DNA from: Macrostomum lignano
Taxonomy: Eukaryota
Assembly: GCA_002269645.1 (NCBI GenBank)
Contig: NIVC01000299.1
Location: 124,001-188,000 of the forward strand
Length of the DNA: 64,000 nucleotides
Direction of reading: 5' to 3'
The notes beneath the pieces were generated by a model. The model saw only the letters and a program-made list of their open reading frames with translations. It searched no databases and had not been told where the DNA came from. Positions 60,925-64,000 of this stretch are shown here, in pieces; within the stretch, counting starts at the first letter, position 1, and each line of letters begins with the position of its first letter. The position numbers and the translations under genes are program-made.

Positions 60925-61465
60925 CTCCTGCGTCATTTGCTTAAATTTCAAGTTGCTGTGCTAATCGTGCTAATTCAAGTTCGCAGCACTGTTGTACCTG
61001 GATATCAGCTTATTGCGTGCGTTCCGCTTCTTTCTCGTGAAAAAATATCGGGCCACGCATTACGGTTTATCGTTTCTCGCGAATTGCTGCTAAATGTTGA
61101 GAGCTTATTAATCATATTCGAGAACTTTATGAATTTGTCCCGGCCTATCGGGTTTTGTTGTAATACCGTTAAGTTGCCTGTAGGATGCATTGTATGCATA
61201 ATTTTTTTATAAACTTTATTTCGCCAATTACCTTGCTTCTGCTTTCAAAACACTAGTTGAATTTTTTCTTAACAATGTCACCAGTAAATATTTTTAATTA
61301 CTGTCGCTGACGCTCCTGTTGGAGGCAGATTTCTAAGAATCAGATACATGTACGGGCGTACATGTATTACATTTTTCGTGTACGAAGCTCGCTATGTACG
61401 AGACATTTACCGATACAATTTTCTTATAATTAACTCTACTTTAGTGTATGATCTTGTAGCAGCCC

Positions 61466-61785
61466 AGGGGTTATTGCGTCGGACTCGCGACTTGAAGGAA
61501 GGTTGGAGGTTCGATTCCCGATCTCACTGAAACAATTTGTGTCCTTGAGCAATTAGACAATTAACCCCTGCATTGCTTCAGTTCACCCAGCTGTAAAATG
61601 GACACCAGCATTAGCTGGGGTAATTGAGGGTGTTTGTGGTGACCCACAGTCCTTGGACTGAACAGCCGTACGCAGCCTTCAGATGCGCCGCGCAATAGCT
61701 GCGGCTGAGCTGTCGGTTGCATATCTGGCCCAATTGGGGTAGTGTAGCTTATCAATCATTATCATTTTATTACTACTATTGAGAA
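61466..61785 (+). mobile_element. Second copy of the CORE-type SINE (A-box region deleted)
   Basis: Colinear with 22338-22641 over the B-box, CORE and 3' body; AT-rich tail; no TSD found. Confidence 0.85.
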
Positions 61786-63021
61786 AATATAAGAGGTACA
61801 CCAAGTTAAGTACAGCTGCAGGTTGTAACAAACAAGTATTTTAATAGTTAGGAACTGATTCGGATTAGAATGTTGCTTGCACGTGTAGATTCTCTTGCTC
61901 CTGGATCTGACTCACCAGCATCCTCGTAACACGGATTTCTTTTGCATAAACTATAGGGCCGCGACACGCACAGATCGTGTGAATTATTTTATTAGAGAGC
62001 TGATTATTCGAAATACATTTACCTGCATGTGCAATTGTATACGCAAAAAAATTGACCTCTTTATTCTTGTTTGGTGAATGAAAATCTCGATACTGGATAC
62101 ATCACCTTATATGAAGAAACAGATCCACGGGACGACTCTACATGTAGTTTTTTATGAAGTTTGCGGAGGGGCACTACTAAACAGTACATGTACAGTACTA
62201 CATGCCAACCGCGCGTTTCCTCATGGCCGCGGAATGGATATCCCTCCAGTTGTTGCCAAGTCAGAAAGTAGAAATCCTATACTAGCTAATTGTCCGCTTA
62301 ATGGCCTCGTAAATTTACATTTACAAGCTTACATCCTCCAATTAAGCTGGAGTTCAATTTCGCTTGATCAAACTTCATCGATTTCAACTAACGACTCAAA
62401 ATAATTCGTTTTTCGAGCGCTGCAAATTATAATGTCCGAGCCCTGGAGAGAATGGGCCGAATGCACGCGATATCTAAAATATTTACACAGTAAATACGAT
62501 CGAGACCCAGCGTTTTTGCACATTCAGCCGCATCATTATTATAAACTTGCCCTATAGCTGCGGATCAAAGCTGTACATGTAAATCAGCAACGCAATTGTT
62601 GATTGCACCGTTCTTCATATCGTCGAAGACCTAAAAACTAAAATTGTCTGTCGTTTTCACAAGCTCGCATCGATCGGATCATAAGCTCAAAAACTTCATA
62701 TCGTCAAAGGTGTAATTAAAAAAACGTACATGTACAGTGCATGCACTGCTCATCACTTTTTTAAGTTCAGAATCGAAATTTACACACTAAATACGCACTA
62801 AATTTTACGTCGTCCAAATTTTATAATATTGTCTGCATTACATATAAACACGTAGAGTACGCTCGAAAAATTACGCGATGTCTGATTGCTCGTTACTTTT
62901 GTGTTCTGTTGTTGAATTAACGAACGCAGAAACAAGATAGATAATTATCCGGGCGCTCAGTGGCACCAAAAGAGGGCTTGGCCAATAGGAGGGCGGCTCG
63001 TATATTTATGCACGCGGGGAA

Positions 63022-63102
63022 GGAAAGTTCTAGAAAGACCGGGAGAGGAAACTTCTGGAACAATGCGTAAACAGTACGTCCTGCTGTGGAAGTTTCTAGA
63101 AA
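63022..63102. promoter_or_regulatory. Cluster of three perfect heat-shock elements (nGAAnnTTCnnGAAn)
   Basis: GGAAAGTTCTAGAAA 63022-36, GGAAACTTCTGGAAC 63047-61 and GGAAGTTTCTAGAAA 63088-102. TATA-like CATAAATATA on the - strand at 63010-63001. Confidence 0.85.
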
Positions 63103-64000
63103 CCCTGTCCACAAAAAAAACTATCCCTACGCATTGCATGCCTTTGCAATACACAACATTTTGCACTAAACTGACTCTTATAGAGCGAAAATTCATCATA
63201 TGCTTGAAATTCCGCATCGTGGAATTTGCGATCGTTATGAGCGAGCAGCAGAAATGTGTAAACTGCACGAAAGTGTGCACAGAAGTGTTGCCTGAGTTGT
63301 ACACGGAATTCTCGCTCGTTTATAGAGTCTGTCATTCAGAAAGCTACAAATAAGTGGTTTTTGGCAACATATAATTCGAAATGTGGGAATTTTTTTGCAT
63401 TCGATGGATTTACAATTTAATTTTCCAAGCGAATTTTTTGACAAATTACTTTCAATGCTACTTCCTTCTGAGCCCTGAGCAACCACAGAATTTTTGTAAA
63501 GATACAGCTACATATTATTATTCTTCTTCTATAGCTACATAAATTACTTCTGCTTCAGGTTAGGTTAGATAAGCATATGGCCACAGCTTTTGAGCAGAAT
63601 TCTTTGGCTGAATTTTTCAACCAAAAAATCAGATGGGAAGACCATTTTTAGTATATGGATATCTTGATTCTATTCATAAATTCTGAGATTCAGGCTTTGG
63701 GAAATAAATTTCCATCTTTGCAGAATTGAAAATAACGAATTTTTACGGATTTTACAATTTACGAATCGGGTCGATCGAATTTTTAAACATATAGATATTT
63801 TACTTTTCTATCCTCGATGATGCAACTGGATAGACAGATAATGATGATTTTTAGTTAGCTAGGGACTGGGCTAAGGGTGGGCTAAGTTTGCTTATGTTAC
63901 CCGAATTTGGTCAGTGCTTTGCTACTACTAACTAAGCCTTCTAGTCGTTTTTATGTAATAAACACCAAGCAGGGCCTTTGGCTTTTACTATGGACAACGT

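Overview
Eukaryotic (metazoan) genomic DNA. GC-rich spliced genes alternate with introns and spacers filled by locus-specific minisatellites. This architecture suggests a flatworm such as Macrostomum, which is an inference and not shown by the sequence. Six host genes are supported: a PH-RhoGAP of the ARHGAP9/12/15/27 family (- strand, 2295-6146), head-to-head with an 8-exon ERM gene (9786-23786), then BLOC1S2, UBE3D, DHFR and an intronless AMPA-like glutamate receptor (all + strand). A young 9.7-kb Ty3/Gypsy element (28625-38347; 776-bp LTRs with two differences spotted by eye) has gag, a -1 frameshifted pol and an extra non-env ORF3 region with its own TATA/Inr. Its LTRs contain two nested relic copies of its own LTR-end/tRNA-Leu primer-binding junction. 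Also present are two CORE-type tRNA SINEs, two foldback MITEs, a deleted Tc1/IS630-like element, a LINE relic and more than 20 tandem arrays. Best leads: the nested-PBS LTR; the ORF3 unit; a DHFR with no in-frame ATG that may take its AUG from a spliced leader; a triple heat-shock element with no visible HSP target; and a glutamate receptor with N at the Q/R site and an altered SYTANLAAF gate. Three homopolymer 1-nt deletions (two in ERM, one in pol) suggest long-read consensus errors.
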